This document shows, piece by piece, positions 26,462-37,070 of a DNA stretch of 64,000 nt (its first letter is position 1; every line of letters starts with the position of its first letter). The notes beneath the pieces are model-generated. The model was not told the DNA's origin, searched no databases, and saw nothing but the letters and a program-made list of their open reading frames with translations. The DNA comes from an uncultured Candidatus Saccharibacteria bacterium. GTDB taxonomy: Bacteria; Patescibacteriota; Minisyncoccia; Phycocordibacterales; UBA1006. A program made the position numbers and the translations under genes. The DNA is taken from NCBI GenBank assembly GCA_964601935.1, contig CAZROP010000001.1, positions 185,867 to 249,866 on the forward strand, read 5' to 3'.

Positions 26462-26899
26462 TTACCACTCGTAATAATTATAGTCGTAGCTGGAATTATT
26501 GTAGTTATTATTATAATTACGCCCACAATAGTAACATCGGTTAGCACTTGAATTATTACGTCGCGCATTTCTCTGCTGATTACATGCGCGATTAGTACAG
26601 ACTACTTGATCATTGTATCCGCCGTAGTTGCGATAATTATTGGTATTACACGAATATCCACAATTTGATTGGTATCGTGTTGTAGGGCGATAGTTATTAC
26701 AGCCACTATAACCACAATTACCGTTATAATACCCATTATTATAGCTGTAATCTATACTAAAGTCGACGTAGCTATAGTTACTACCATAATAGTAATCATC
26801 GTAATAACAATTAGAGTAATAATCACATGCAAAGGTAAGGCTCGGTAGTACGAAGCCGCCTGCGAGAATGATCATGAATGTTGATATAATCTTTTTCAT
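26462..26899 (-). CDS. secreted low-complexity Tyr/Asn/Cys-rich protein
   Basis: The signal MKKIISTFMIILAGGFVLPSLTFA is followed by ~120 aa dominated by Y, N, C, G and S (CDYYSNCYYDDYYYGSNYSY...). Confidence 0.55.
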   Translation of the reverse strand: MKKIISTFMIILAGGFVLPSLTFACDYYSNCYYDDYYYGSNYSYVDFSIDYSYNNGYYNGNCGYSGCNNYRPTTRYQSNCGYSCNTNNYRNYGGYNDQVVCTNRACNQQRNARRNNSSANRCYYCGRNYNNNYNNSSYDYNYYEW

Positions 26900-27157
26900 A
26901 TGAGTTAAGTGTATAGCTATATTATAAAAATGCAATAGATATTGATGTTATCGCGTATTTATCAACCAGTGATAGGGCGACAAGTATATCCGAGAAGTAC
27001 TAAAAACCATACGTATTTTAGAATCGTTTCGTGACTTGTAAGTTCTAAAACTACAAATGCGCAACGATACTCTATTTACTAAACTTGATATATATGGCGA
27101 TATATTCATATCATAGTGAATAATACACTATATTATTAATATGTCAAATTATAAAAC

Positions 27158-27187
27158 AAAAAACTCCTTTTTAATAAGGAGTTTTTT
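27158..27187. terminator. bidirectional terminator downstream of nusG
   Basis: aaaaaactcctt / 6-nt loop / aaggagtttttt. Confidence 0.7.
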
Positions 27188-27205
27188 GTTTCTCTTGCAT
27201 AAGTA

Positions 27206-27751
27206 CTACAATGCCTTGATATGCGTAAAATCCAGATCTACAGGAGTTTCGCGACCAAACATCGAGATAATGACTCGTGCACGTCCTGTTTCTGGGGATA
27301 GCTCGCTAATAACCCCATACTGGTCCTTGAACGGTCCTTCGAGCACACGAACCTTGTCATGTACCGCAAAGTCCGATTGATAGGTCACAGCGGTGTTTTC
27401 TGCCCGCTGCATGATGCGATTGAGCTCGTCCTCGGTAATCGGCACAGGCTGCGTTCCTGACCCCACAAAGCCCGTCACACGCGGTGTATTACGCACAATG
27501 TACCAGGAATCGTCGTCTACGATCATTTCTACTAGAACATACCCTGGATAGACCTTTTCATCCACAGTCTGCTTCTTTGCGCCCTTTATTTTTACCGTTT
27601 TTTCATGAGGAACCAGTACACTGAATATTTTATCCTGATATCCCAGAGATTCCACACGCTGACGCAAATTACGCGCCACAGCATCCTCGTAACCAGAATA
27701 AGTGTGTACTACATACCATGCACGCTGCCCTGAACTTTGTTGGCGAGACAT
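27206..27751 (-). CDS. nusG: transcription termination/antitermination factor NusG
   Basis: 181 aa. It has WYVVHTYSGYEDAV (NGN domain) and a C-terminal KOW motif (DKVRVLEGPFKDQYGVISEL). Confidence 0.95.
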   Translation of the reverse strand: MSRQQSSGQRAWYVVHTYSGYEDAVARNLRQRVESLGYQDKIFSVLVPHEKTVKIKGAKKQTVDEKVYPGYVLVEMIVDDDSWYIVRNTPRVTGFVGSGTQPVPITEDELNRIMQRAENTAVTYQSDFAVHDKVRVLEGPFKDQYGVISELSPETGRARVIISMFGRETPVDLDFTHIKAL

Positions 27752-27754
27752 ATA

Positions 27755-28108
27755 TTATTGATTAGGGTTATCGGTTGTTGTAGTAATCGGGTTTGAAATC
27801 TGCTGCTGTATTAAGGAATTGATATCGATAGGATTACCGTTTTCATCAGTAACACTCGCTCCAGTTGGGAGGAATGACGGCTGCTCGGTAACAGTTTCTG
27901 TACCTACGAGTGTTCGCAAACCCTTCAAACCTGCCAAAAATCCTGCATCTACCAGGCTAATAAAATATGAAAACCCGATAACGCACAGAATAACCAACGC
28001 CGTGAATGCAGCTACTTTACGTGGACGAGGCCAGGTTACATTACGTAATTCTGCATATACCTCGCGGAAAAACGTGAATTTAGGTAGTGCCATAGATAGT
28101 TTTGCCAT
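27755..28108 (-). CDS. secE: preprotein translocase subunit SecE with a C-terminal extension
   Basis: FFREVYAELRNVTWPRPRKVAAFTALVILCVIGFSYFISLVD. It lies immediately upstream of nusG. Confidence 0.88.
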   Translation of the reverse strand: MAKLSMALPKFTFFREVYAELRNVTWPRPRKVAAFTALVILCVIGFSYFISLVDAGFLAGLKGLRTLVGTETVTEQPSFLPTGASVTDENGNPIDINSLIQQQISNPITTTTDNPNQ

Positions 28109-28376
28109 ATACGCGTTATAATACTATAGATAGCGCATTTTTCAAGTAGTCTCACTATTTTAAACCGACATTTTCAATGTTATACACTTTTTTAAGGGTT
28201 TTCCCCAGGTATATACACAGAAATGTCGTTTATTAGTCTTTTATTACCCCCGTCTATTCAAAATAAAGACACTTTCGCAAGAGAAATAGGTAGTTATGTT
28301 TATTGTATAAGATGGGTAGTTCTCGAAATTTCTATGAACTTATTACGTTTCAACCTGAATGCTACAATAGTAGTCT

Positions 28377-28868
28377 ATGAAAGTTAGAGCATTTATATGT
28401 GCAATTTATAACCAGGAAAGCGAAAATGAGCTCTCTAGGTTTATTCTAAATCTAGAGAAAAATGGATATTCTGTACTAAATACTTGGGATAACAACGTAT
28501 GGGAAGCTCCAAAAGAGTATATTCAAGAGACAGGGGATACGCTGGAAAACAGAATTTTAATTATAAATAGCTTGTCTCTATCTGAAATTAGTAAATTAAA
28601 GCTATTTCTAATGGAACAGGAAGTAGAGTTTACAAAAAATAACAGAAGAACTCTCAATCTCAACCCTGGATACTTGTCTCCGAAAGGTATGTTCTTGATA
28701 ACACATAAAGACAACCCATATCGCAAAAGAGAAGAAATTGCGAATAATCTCTGGCAAGAAAAACAGTATGCCTACAACGGTTCAACATTTGAGATACTTG
28801 ATAATACTTTTTCTGAATACAGGGATAACGAAAGAATTGCTAAATTTACTAAATTATTTGACGAATAG
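28377..28868 (+). CDS. DUF4416-like protein (call from memory of the family motif)
   Basis: 163 aa. RRTLNLNPGYLSPKGMFLITHKD resembles the INIDPGYL core of DUF4416. Confidence 0.45.
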   Translation: MKVRAFICAIYNQESENELSRFILNLEKNGYSVLNTWDNNVWEAPKEYIQETGDTLENRILIINSLSLSEISKLKLFLMEQEVEFTKNNRRTLNLNPGYLSPKGMFLITHKDNPYRKREEIANNLWQEKQYAYNGSTFEILDNTFSEYRDNERIAKFTKLFDE

Positions 28869-28953
28869 AGCTCATTACTGCACACTGATATTGCTACATA
28901 GTGAAAAACATCCATAGTTCGGGAGTTATCGTGGAAAACATGGTGCTTAAACT

Positions 28954-29226
28954 CTATCTAATAATCACATCATTGATACTAAACTCGTGGGGATTACTGT
29001 TAATATACTGAACCAATCCATCCATACTGCAACGCGTTTGGAGTACCGTTTGTTCCGCAAAGGTTAAGTGTTGCAGTAATACCACCGTCTGCCCTATAAC
29101 AACCTGACGATTATTCAACGACATGCCTGTGCTATGACCTATATATTCCAAAGCTAGATCCTTTAAAACCTGGTCTCGCGACACAGTTTGTGCAAACATA
29201 TTCACCATTTCACTGATATGCTTCAT
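28954..29226 (-). CDS. small protein downstream of dnaN, possibly DUF721/DciA-like
   Basis: 90-aa ORF. The call rests on position after dnaN, with only weak pattern similarity. Confidence 0.3.
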   Translation of the reverse strand: MKHISEMVNMFAQTVSRDQVLKDLALEYIGHSTGMSLNNRQVVIGQTVVLLQHLTFAEQTVLQTRCSMDGLVQYINSNPHEFSINDVIIR

Positions 29227-29247
29227 ATACTATTAGATTTTTTCTTA

Positions 29248-30354
29248 TTATCGGCCTACCGGCATTAATAATGCTCTAAAATAGATATCATCTGGCGAGG
29301 TAACCATGATAGGGCGCATTGGATCTATACAGGAAAATACCACCCTATCCACAGACAGTACGTTCATTATTTTCATAATATTATCAGCATTTACGCGTAT
29401 CATGAGGTTTTCCTCGATATCTCCGACTATCAACGCTCTAAATGATGATTTACCCCGTCCACGGTCGTTATAATCCGTTTCGCAGACACACATACTCTCG
29501 TCTGTATTGGGCTTTAGCATTATTTTAGGGAACTGAGGGTCGGCGAATGGCTGTACTGTACGTAGTGCAGTACGTACCTCGTCACGTGTGGTCTCTATGG
29601 TAATAGGAAATTCTTTGGGAATGATTTGTTCATACTGAGGATACGAACCTGTGATAGTGCGTATTATCAATGTGTAATTTCCTGACTGAAACTGACAACT
29701 GCCTTCTGTCGCCACACAATCGACCTTTCCACTATTTCCTAGGCAATGTAGCACATGAGGCGTGTATTTATTAGGTAACAACACTGTCCCCTCCTCTAGC
29801 TCACAAGGTACTCGAGTCTCAGCCAGGTAAAAACTATCTGTCGCAGCAGCTACTAAAAACCCTTGTTTTATTGACAAAAACACCGATGCAAGCTCCGGTC
29901 GTATATCAGAAACCGCACAGGCGAATGACACCCGTTTGATAACATCAGATAGTAATGTAGACGATCCTGTATACCAAGTATCTCCAACGAGTTCAGCGAA
30001 CTCCTGAACAGTTTCATGGGGATAGGTTTTAATGTCCGCCTCCGAATCCCCTGAAACGACATGTACCACACCTTCTACTATCTCCAATGTCACTTCGCCG
30101 AGGTTTTTGATAGTACTCAGAAACCCTATCAGGACATTCTGATCGATAGCGACACGTCCTGCATCATCAACAGATACAAACGGTATGATGACGCGTCCCG
30201 ATACCCCTAGACCATGCGCCAGCACCTCTACGTGATCTGTGGCAACAGTGAGACACGTGTACGCTAGGATAGGTTGCGCTGGATGGCGTGTTGGTAATTT
30301 TGATACTGATTGTAGCGCATCCAGTAGAGTTTTCCCCTGCAAGGTCAGTTTCAT
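29248..30354 (-). CDS. dnaN: DNA polymerase III beta subunit (sliding clamp)
   Basis: 368 aa. It has an MKLTLQGKTLLDALQSVSKL...PILAYTCL N-terminus, three-domain length and an ATDSFYLAE-type motif. Confidence 0.85.
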   Translation of the reverse strand: MKLTLQGKTLLDALQSVSKLPTRHPAQPILAYTCLTVATDHVEVLAHGLGVSGRVIIPFVSVDDAGRVAIDQNVLIGFLSTIKNLGEVTLEIVEGVVHVVSGDSEADIKTYPHETVQEFAELVGDTWYTGSSTLLSDVIKRVSFACAVSDIRPELASVFLSIKQGFLVAAATDSFYLAETRVPCELEEGTVLLPNKYTPHVLHCLGNSGKVDCVATEGSCQFQSGNYTLIIRTITGSYPQYEQIIPKEFPITIETTRDEVRTALRTVQPFADPQFPKIMLKPNTDESMCVCETDYNDRGRGKSSFRALIVGDIEENLMIRVNADNIMKIMNVLSVDRVVFSCIDPMRPIMVTSPDDIYFRALLMPVGR

Positions 30355-30590
30355 AGTAGGTATAGTTAACCATGAAAAAGAAAAAGTTATTATTATTAGG
30401 GGTGTGGGTTATGGGGATTGAGCACTACACCCTTATCAGTATAGAGATAATAGAGATGCTTCATACTGGATAACTATGGGTAGATTGCTCAATACTCGGG
30501 GAAAACCTCACTATATACCGATACTATCAGGTTGTTGTGGGTAACTGATAGGGTATATCCCCAGGAAGAGTACGGGTTATCACCAGGGTG

Positions 30591-33305
30591 CTAGGGTGCG
30601 CACAGGGTGTTCGCTCTATCACGAGTTAGGCTATCCCAAATACCAGGAGGCTCCTCTAGTCCGCGCGGCTGCATAATAGTGGTGTAGTTCTGTAGTTGGA
30701 AATCTTTTACTGCTTCTTCGGTTTTGGATTCAAAAGTGCCGGTGACTTCTATACTATAGCCTTGTTGTACTAGAAAGAGTTGTACTCGCTGGATCTCTGA
30801 AGTGTCAGTGCTATCACGGGTGAGTTCAGTGATAAATGGTGCCGAGCATGCCGATACGGACTGTTCGCCCAGGGCGACCTGTTCTATTGTCGATACGCGG
30901 GGTTCTGTATCGGGGATATCCAATTCCTGTAGCCCGGTACGCACTCGTACATCATTGAGGACTTTATTTGCTTTACCTCGACTGAATTTGAAGAAGTTGC
31001 CAGTAGCGTGACCTACTCCAGCCTGGATCAGAATATCGCTGTCGTTGTTCTGATAGGTGTTCACGGCCTGGGTAGTTTCAGGTCCGAAGTATCCATTCAC
31101 CTCGAGATCAGTGCCAAGATAGTAGTTGAGGAATTCTTGAATACGTTTTACTTCTTCAGGATAAGTTGGTCCGAGGTTCTGGTTCATGTCTTTGAGAAAT
31201 AGATACTCTTCCAGAGATTGTGGTAGCGGTTTGTTTGTGTTGAATGGGGATGTCTCTATCGTTTCTTTTGTTATAGAAGGCTGATTTTTTGATACCTCTT
31301 TGATACTTTCTTTTGTAGTTGTCGTTTTTATCGTGGTGTTCGTAGTCAGAGAAGGTACAGTAGTTGGTGTTTTTTCTGCTGTTGAACTTACCGCGGTGGT
31401 ACTTGATTTTGAAAGAGGATTGTAAGTATCTACGGAAGTAGCCAAAGCCAATCGAATCGAACCTCTGTCGAGAGCGGTACCTTGTGATAATGAATCGGAC
31501 AGAGTTCTGCTGTCTGTTATGAGTACACCGTCCATTGATCCGAGGATTGGTAGATTAAATGCATCAGAACTTTCCGGTATAAATCCTGTACTACCTGATG
31601 CTAATAATAGTAGGAGTGTAGCAATAGTCGCCTTTTTGACATGTTTTTTTGCTACCTGATGACGTACTTTTTTGTGAATCTGTTTATGTACCGGTATCGA
31701 TTTGTTTTCTGGTTTGCTACTGCTGAATAGTGCTTGTATGAGAGCTATTACAATAGTACTACCTAGTACTATTGCTCCTATGGATGCAAGGAGGAAGAGT
31801 AATTGGTTGATAGAGATATCAGTATACATATAGTAGGTCACTATTCGTGTATACATAACGTATCCACCGAGTGCGATACACCCTATCAGACCTATAAATA
31901 TAGTGAATAATAGGAAATTACTTGTAGGTTTTGTAGTATGTACCGATGTTGTGATTCGTTTCATACGCATAACGGTTGGTGTCCGCGTATCTTTGTGCTT
32001 CATAGATGCATACTGCCCCCATAATGTGCCCAGCATATAGAATAACCCTCCTATCATCAATGTGAATCCTATATCAGATAAAATATCTCCTGTTAGTGAC
32101 CAGGTATAGGGCAGCTTTTCGATTACATGTGCAGAAGAAGCACTGTACGCCTGAACATTTTGTACAAAGGGTACCACTAATGCTACAACAAATAAAACAT
32201 AGTTTGCGATATGGAGAGCCGCTGTTTCAGGGGATCGTGTGCTTCCTTTGTGTGCTTTATGATGGAGTAGTGTAGCAATACAGAGCACTGCCAAGAATCC
32301 TAGTGTTATAGGTAATAACTCATAAGTTTCTATAAATGTTCGTAGAGAGGTTTTCCAGTCTACGTTTTGCAGCGAACGTGTTTGTATAGCGTTTTCTTCT
32401 TCTGGTGTTGTTATGACTTTGGTGCCGAGTGCCAGACGTAATGGCTCTGTACTCTGTGTGTAATAATGATCGCCTGCTGGTGTGATAATAGTGGTAATGG
32501 ATGTTTCAGTATTAGGTAATAGAGATGCTAATACATCAGGAGTCAGTGATGCCATACGAAGCCTGTGCCCAGATAGGTTACTCGATTCAGAAATATATTG
32601 AACGGTTTCTCTATTTGCAGTAAAAGGAGTAATTTCTGATAGTGAAGGTAGCTCACCATTCTGTAGTGCATACGCGGAAGCAGGTATAAATACTAATGTA
32701 CATACTGCAACAGCAACTAATTTATACCAAGAGTTGGATAACTGCATTAATACTTGTGCAGTATTTTTGAATAGAGAGAAATCTTGTGAATACTTTAGGG
32801 GTCTACGTCTGTCAGGTTCTCCATCATCAAGACACAAGCCATCCTGTGGGCTCGATGAGCTGGAAACACATACTGCACGCTCTCCTGAATAGGAAGATGG
32901 TGTTGCAGATGTATTTCCGGTAGAAGCTATAAGGTATGGAGACTGGATATATGTTGATGTAGATACTGTGCGACCACTGCGTGTTGCAGTTTTTGGTGCT
33001 GTTGCATAAACATGACTGCGTTCCTGTCGGATACGACTAGAAAGAGTACGTGGAGATTTCGATGTGATAGTTGTACGAGAATCCATCAGAGAACTTTGTG
33101 TTTGCGCACGCTGCGATACTGCGCGCTTGAACTCACCAGAAATATCTTTCTTTTGTGCAGTAACCGTTGTGGCGCGATTCCATACCTGTACAATCGGTGA
33201 CGGAGTTGCAGCGTGTGTGAACTTCTGTGTCTTTGATCGTGCACGAGAAGTACGTACGGACGACTGGGTGTTCATATGAACATGAGAGAGAGTTGATGTG
33301 CTCAT
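30591..33305 (-). CDS. large polytopic membrane protein with two C-terminal peptidoglycan-binding (PG_binding_1-like) domains
   Basis: 904 aa with a Ser/Thr-rich N-terminus and ~8 TM spans. The C-terminal repeats are IQEFLNYYLGTDLEVNGYFGPETTQAVNTYQ and VQLFLVQQGYSIEVTGTFESKTEEAVKDFQ. Confidence 0.65.
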   Translation of the reverse strand: MSTSTLSHVHMNTQSSVRTSRARSKTQKFTHAATPSPIVQVWNRATTVTAQKKDISGEFKRAVSQRAQTQSSLMDSRTTITSKSPRTLSSRIRQERSHVYATAPKTATRSGRTVSTSTYIQSPYLIASTGNTSATPSSYSGERAVCVSSSSSPQDGLCLDDGEPDRRRPLKYSQDFSLFKNTAQVLMQLSNSWYKLVAVAVCTLVFIPASAYALQNGELPSLSEITPFTANRETVQYISESSNLSGHRLRMASLTPDVLASLLPNTETSITTIITPAGDHYYTQSTEPLRLALGTKVITTPEEENAIQTRSLQNVDWKTSLRTFIETYELLPITLGFLAVLCIATLLHHKAHKGSTRSPETAALHIANYVLFVVALVVPFVQNVQAYSASSAHVIEKLPYTWSLTGDILSDIGFTLMIGGLFYMLGTLWGQYASMKHKDTRTPTVMRMKRITTSVHTTKPTSNFLLFTIFIGLIGCIALGGYVMYTRIVTYYMYTDISINQLLFLLASIGAIVLGSTIVIALIQALFSSSKPENKSIPVHKQIHKKVRHQVAKKHVKKATIATLLLLLASGSTGFIPESSDAFNLPILGSMDGVLITDSRTLSDSLSQGTALDRGSIRLALATSVDTYNPLSKSSTTAVSSTAEKTPTTVPSLTTNTTIKTTTTKESIKEVSKNQPSITKETIETSPFNTNKPLPQSLEEYLFLKDMNQNLGPTYPEEVKRIQEFLNYYLGTDLEVNGYFGPETTQAVNTYQNNDSDILIQAGVGHATGNFFKFSRGKANKVLNDVRVRTGLQELDIPDTEPRVSTIEQVALGEQSVSACSAPFITELTRDSTDTSEIQRVQLFLVQQGYSIEVTGTFESKTEEAVKDFQLQNYTTIMQPRGLEEPPGIWDSLTRDRANTLCAP

Positions 33306-33887
33306 AATAGTTATTGATAAAGATGGATTGTTAATAATAAAGTATCACATCGAGTGTAGAGAATTATGTCCTATACACTTCGATAGTACGAGTATACATG
33401 TCTATTACTAAGTAACGCAAAACAACTGTGTGGATAAAAGACATATTAATGTGGTAAAACAGGTGGATAGACTGAGTATAGTGTCTTTTATAATGTGCAG
33501 ATACTAGTGCACTAGTGTGGAGAGAGCTAATCCAAAGTTACTAGAAATATATTCAACTAATACTTTGTTGTCTTGGATGCTTTTTGGTTATGTCTTTTAA
33601 TATTCTGTCTTCACAGGTCCCGACCTGGGGTTATAAAAACAAGGAGTATAACGACTATGTTTTTCTATGCAAGGCCCAGGAATTAGAAAGATAGCAGGAC
33701 TTCGTAAGCGTATACCTCCCAGAATAAGCTTAAAGTGATAATATAGTCTCTATAGGCCCTCAAATAAATTCAGGGTGACAGATCAAAGTGATTTTTCCTT
33801 AAAAATATGTATCCTGGGATGACAAAGTAAAACCCCTGCCGTATAGAGAGGGGTTTTTAGATGAGAGCACGGTACGACAGAGGAACC

Positions 33888-36074
33888 TTAAGCTGTACCA
33901 GACAATCTCTTCATAGAAAGACCGATACGATCTCGTTCTTTGTCTACAGAAACAATGATTGCTTCTACGGATTGTCCTTGCGATAGCTTATCGCTTACAC
34001 GTGAAACGCGATCTTTGGATATTTCAGAGATATGAATCATACCTGAAGTATTCCCCCACTCTACAATGGCGCCTGTTTCGTCAATAATTTTAACTACCAC
34101 TGCTGTTACACGCTCACCTACAACCCATTCATGAGTCATGTCCTCTATAATTTTGCGTGCCGCAGAAGGTCCTGAAAAAGATTGGCTTGTTTCAGCTAGT
34201 CCTTTTTCTGGGTGACCAGTAATAAATATTCTTCCGTCGTCCTCAATGCTGATAGTGGTTTTTGTGTCCTTTTGAATCTTTTGGATAGTCTTACCTCCGC
34301 CACCTATAACCAAACCTATCTTTTCTGGATCAATTTGTAGTATTTCAATACGCGGTGCGTATGGTGATAATATAGGTCGAGGTACAGAAATAGCATCAGT
34401 AATCGTCTTTAAAAGCGTTTCATGTGCAACACGGGCCGCTCGAACTGCCTCGCGACACACAGAAACAGGGATACTCGCTAATTTTATATCCATCTGGATG
34501 GCAGTGATACCTGCACTTGTTCCTGCAACTTTGAAATCCATATCTCCATGATGATCCTCGGGGCCCTGAATATCGGTCAATAAAGCATATTTGCTAGTAA
34601 CTGCATCCATCATGAGTCCTATAGAAATTCCAACTACCGGTCGGGTAATAGGTACTCCAGCATCCATTAGAGCCAGAGTTGCAGCACAAACACTGGCCTG
34701 ACTGGTTGATCCGTTAGATGAAAGACATTCTGATACTACACGGATAGTATAGGGAAATAGGTCTACATTAGGGATAACTGGCTCGAGAGCCTTCTGAGCC
34801 AGAGCTCCATGGCCCAATTCGCGTCTGCCAGTTGATCCTATACGACCAGTTTCTCCTGTGCTGTAGGGAGGAAAGTTGTAGTGATGCCAAAATCGCTCCT
34901 CTCCGGCACTATCCATAGATTCATGCATCAAATTACTATCGGGTCCAGCCAGTGTTGCAACTGACAGTACATGTGTTTCACCGCGGTAGAATATGCCACT
35001 ACCATGTAATCTGTCGGATATACCTCCTGCCTGGGCATATAATGGACGTACTTCATCCATTTTTCGACCATCAGCACGTTTTTTGTCTTGTAGTGCTGCA
35101 GTGTGGAGGACTTCATCAATCTTGTGATCCAAAAAGTCACTAGAATTGTGAAAGGGATCAGATTCTTTTTCTATTTGTGGGTTTTCTTCAGTAACTTTTT
35201 TATATTCTTTTCGTTCTTCCTCGATTATCTCCTTCCAGGTAGTGAATATCTGTCCTATACGAGATTTACTGTCAGTACCAAACAGATCGCGTTCTATAAT
35301 CAGTCGCATACGTGTCTCGTATATGTCTGATAATTTTTGAGAAAATACCGGGAATTCGATTACTTTTTTTGTTTTTCCTACTGTAGTACGTAATTCAGTT
35401 ATCCAGGATGTCCATTGTGCTGTAATAGACACAGTCGTGTCTAATAATTGATCAAATAGCTCAGGAGATACCTCAGCAGAGCCCATTTCTATCATGTTTA
35501 CTGCTGTACCATTGCCACATACCAGTAGATCTGCAGATAGAAAAGGCGTAATCGACATATTAGGTTGATAGGGGTTAATAGATATTTCTTGAGAATTTGA
35601 ATTCAATAATACACCACTACGAGCACAGCCAATAGGTCCATTCCACGGAATGTCTGATATGTGTAACGCCATAGATGCTGCGTTTGTAGCCAAGACAACA
35701 GGATCGTAATCTCCAACAGAAAGTACGGTTACGATGATTTGTACGGAGTTTTTGATACGGCTATCGAATAAAGGACGTAATGTTCTGTCTATAATACGTG
35801 ATGCTAACGTTGCATTCAGGCTGGGACGTCCCTCGCGACGCTGGTAAGGACCGCCAGCTATTTTGCCAGATGCATAGAATCGCTCGGTATATTCGACAGT
35901 CAAATTGAAATATCCAGGATTCTTGTGTGTATCATCACCCATAGTGATCGCAGCCAGCACTACTGTTCCGTTTGCTGATAGCATTATTGACCCGTTTGCC
36001 TGTCCTGCTAAATCGGTGAGGTGCGCCGTAACTGTGGTTCCTGATATGTCCTTTATATAGGTTGTGTGTTTCAT
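33888..36074 (-). CDS. pnp: polynucleotide phosphorylase
   Basis: Two RNase PH domains, a KH domain (IGLVIGGGGKTIQKIQ) and a C-terminal S1 domain. The start is taken at MKHTTY (36074); the ORF is open to 36137. Confidence 0.95.
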   Translation of the reverse strand: MKHTTYIKDISGTTVTAHLTDLAGQANGSIMLSANGTVVLAAITMGDDTHKNPGYFNLTVEYTERFYASGKIAGGPYQRREGRPSLNATLASRIIDRTLRPLFDSRIKNSVQIIVTVLSVGDYDPVVLATNAASMALHISDIPWNGPIGCARSGVLLNSNSQEISINPYQPNMSITPFLSADLLVCGNGTAVNMIEMGSAEVSPELFDQLLDTTVSITAQWTSWITELRTTVGKTKKVIEFPVFSQKLSDIYETRMRLIIERDLFGTDSKSRIGQIFTTWKEIIEEERKEYKKVTEENPQIEKESDPFHNSSDFLDHKIDEVLHTAALQDKKRADGRKMDEVRPLYAQAGGISDRLHGSGIFYRGETHVLSVATLAGPDSNLMHESMDSAGEERFWHHYNFPPYSTGETGRIGSTGRRELGHGALAQKALEPVIPNVDLFPYTIRVVSECLSSNGSTSQASVCAATLALMDAGVPITRPVVGISIGLMMDAVTSKYALLTDIQGPEDHHGDMDFKVAGTSAGITAIQMDIKLASIPVSVCREAVRAARVAHETLLKTITDAISVPRPILSPYAPRIEILQIDPEKIGLVIGGGGKTIQKIQKDTKTTISIEDDGRIFITGHPEKGLAETSQSFSGPSAARKIIEDMTHEWVVGERVTAVVVKIIDETGAIVEWGNTSGMIHISEISKDRVSRVSDKLSQGQSVEAIIVSVDKERDRIGLSMKRLSGTA

Positions 36075-36359
36075 AGATGGTTCTGTTATGTCGAGTAATA
36101 AAGTATTGATTAGATTAATCAATAGATCTGTAACCAATCGCCAGTATTCATAAGGGTATTCATACTAATAGCATAACCAGAATGCCAGAGTAGTGTATTT
36201 CACGACTCTGATAGTGATTATGTGAATTAATATTCAGAGTATGAAGAGCCTGAGAATACGAGCAGGTTGGTGGATCAAGTACGAGTATAGCATATAGACG
36301 AGTGACTACCTAATCAGTGGATACAGAGAGGTTTTTCGGGTAATCGGCTGTTGAATAAA

Positions 36360-36400
36360 CAAAAACATCTCGTTTCCATAATGGAAACGAGATGTTTTTG
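36360..36400. terminator. strong bidirectional hairpin separating the pilin cluster from pnp
   Basis: caaaaacatctcgtttcca / taa / tggaaacgagatgtttttg forms a perfect 19-bp stem. Confidence 0.8.
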
Positions 36401-36511
36401 TTATTAGATAAAGTATACGCATACTTTTCACTCCTGCGAGTAGTTTCTCCACAAACAAAAAACCACTGTCATGACGCAGTGGTTTTTGTAGATACTAACT
36501 AGATAAACCTA

Positions 36512-37012
36512 TTATGGACATTTCACAGTCGCAGGTGTTCCAGCAGCAGCAGCAATAGTTACTACACTGGATGAAGCAGCAATCTGTTTGTTGGATCCTG
36601 CTGAGTCAGCACACCATGCAGTACTACCTGCACCACTCTTCAATAATGTGACCGCAGCCCAAGAAACTGAGTTACTAGAACATGCAGTTGCCACTGTTGT
36701 TGATGTTGAAACGGCAGCACCTGCTGTACTTGCAGCTACTGTTGTCGCAGGTAAGTAGGCCTGTCCTGCTGCCAACACTCCATCATATGTCTTACTTGTA
36801 GTAGCACATACAGTTTGATAACCTGTTGTTGTTTCATCGTAAATAACTTCTGCCGAAGCTCTCACATTAGATATATTACCCTTGATCGCAGCATCAGCAC
36901 CTTTCACACGCGCACTGTTTACTGAACCAATCACTACTGTTGCAAGAACACCAATGATGGCAATAACCACGAGAAGCTCTATCAGAGTAAAACCTCGTAA
37001 TTTTATACTCAT
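36512..37012 (-). CDS. type IV pilin / pseudopilin-like protein (paralog 1)
   Basis: 166 aa with the class III signal MSIKLRG|FTLIELLVVIAIIGVLA. The C-terminal IAAAAGTPATVKCP is shared by all three paralogs. Confidence 0.9.
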   Translation of the reverse strand: MSIKLRGFTLIELLVVIAIIGVLATVVIGSVNSARVKGADAAIKGNISNVRASAEVIYDETTTGYQTVCATTSKTYDGVLAAGQAYLPATTVAASTAGAAVSTSTTVATACSSNSVSWAAVTLLKSGAGSTAWCADSAGSNKQIAASSSVVTIAAAAGTPATVKCP

Positions 37013-37069
37013 AGTATATTAAATTGTTAAGTTGATAATATGATAGAGAATTTACGTATTATTCTCTAT
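36783..37069. repeat. 287-bp perfect direct repeat (copy A) covering the pilin 5' coding region plus 57 nt upstream
   Basis: It is base-for-base identical to 37531-37817 by manual alignment. Confidence 0.9.
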
Positions 37070-37070
37070 C
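37042..37070 (-). promoter_or_regulatory. conserved palindrome upstream of each pilin gene (also at 37790-37817 and 38471-38497)
   Basis: (g)atagagaat-ttacgtatt-attctctat(c) lies 30-58 nt upstream of each pilin start codon. Confidence 0.5.

Noticed and set aside
30355-30590. oriC immediately upstream of dnaN.
   Set aside because: Only one weak DnaA-box-like match (ctggataac) occurs, and no AT-rich unwinding repeats are evident. dnaA is not adjacent either.
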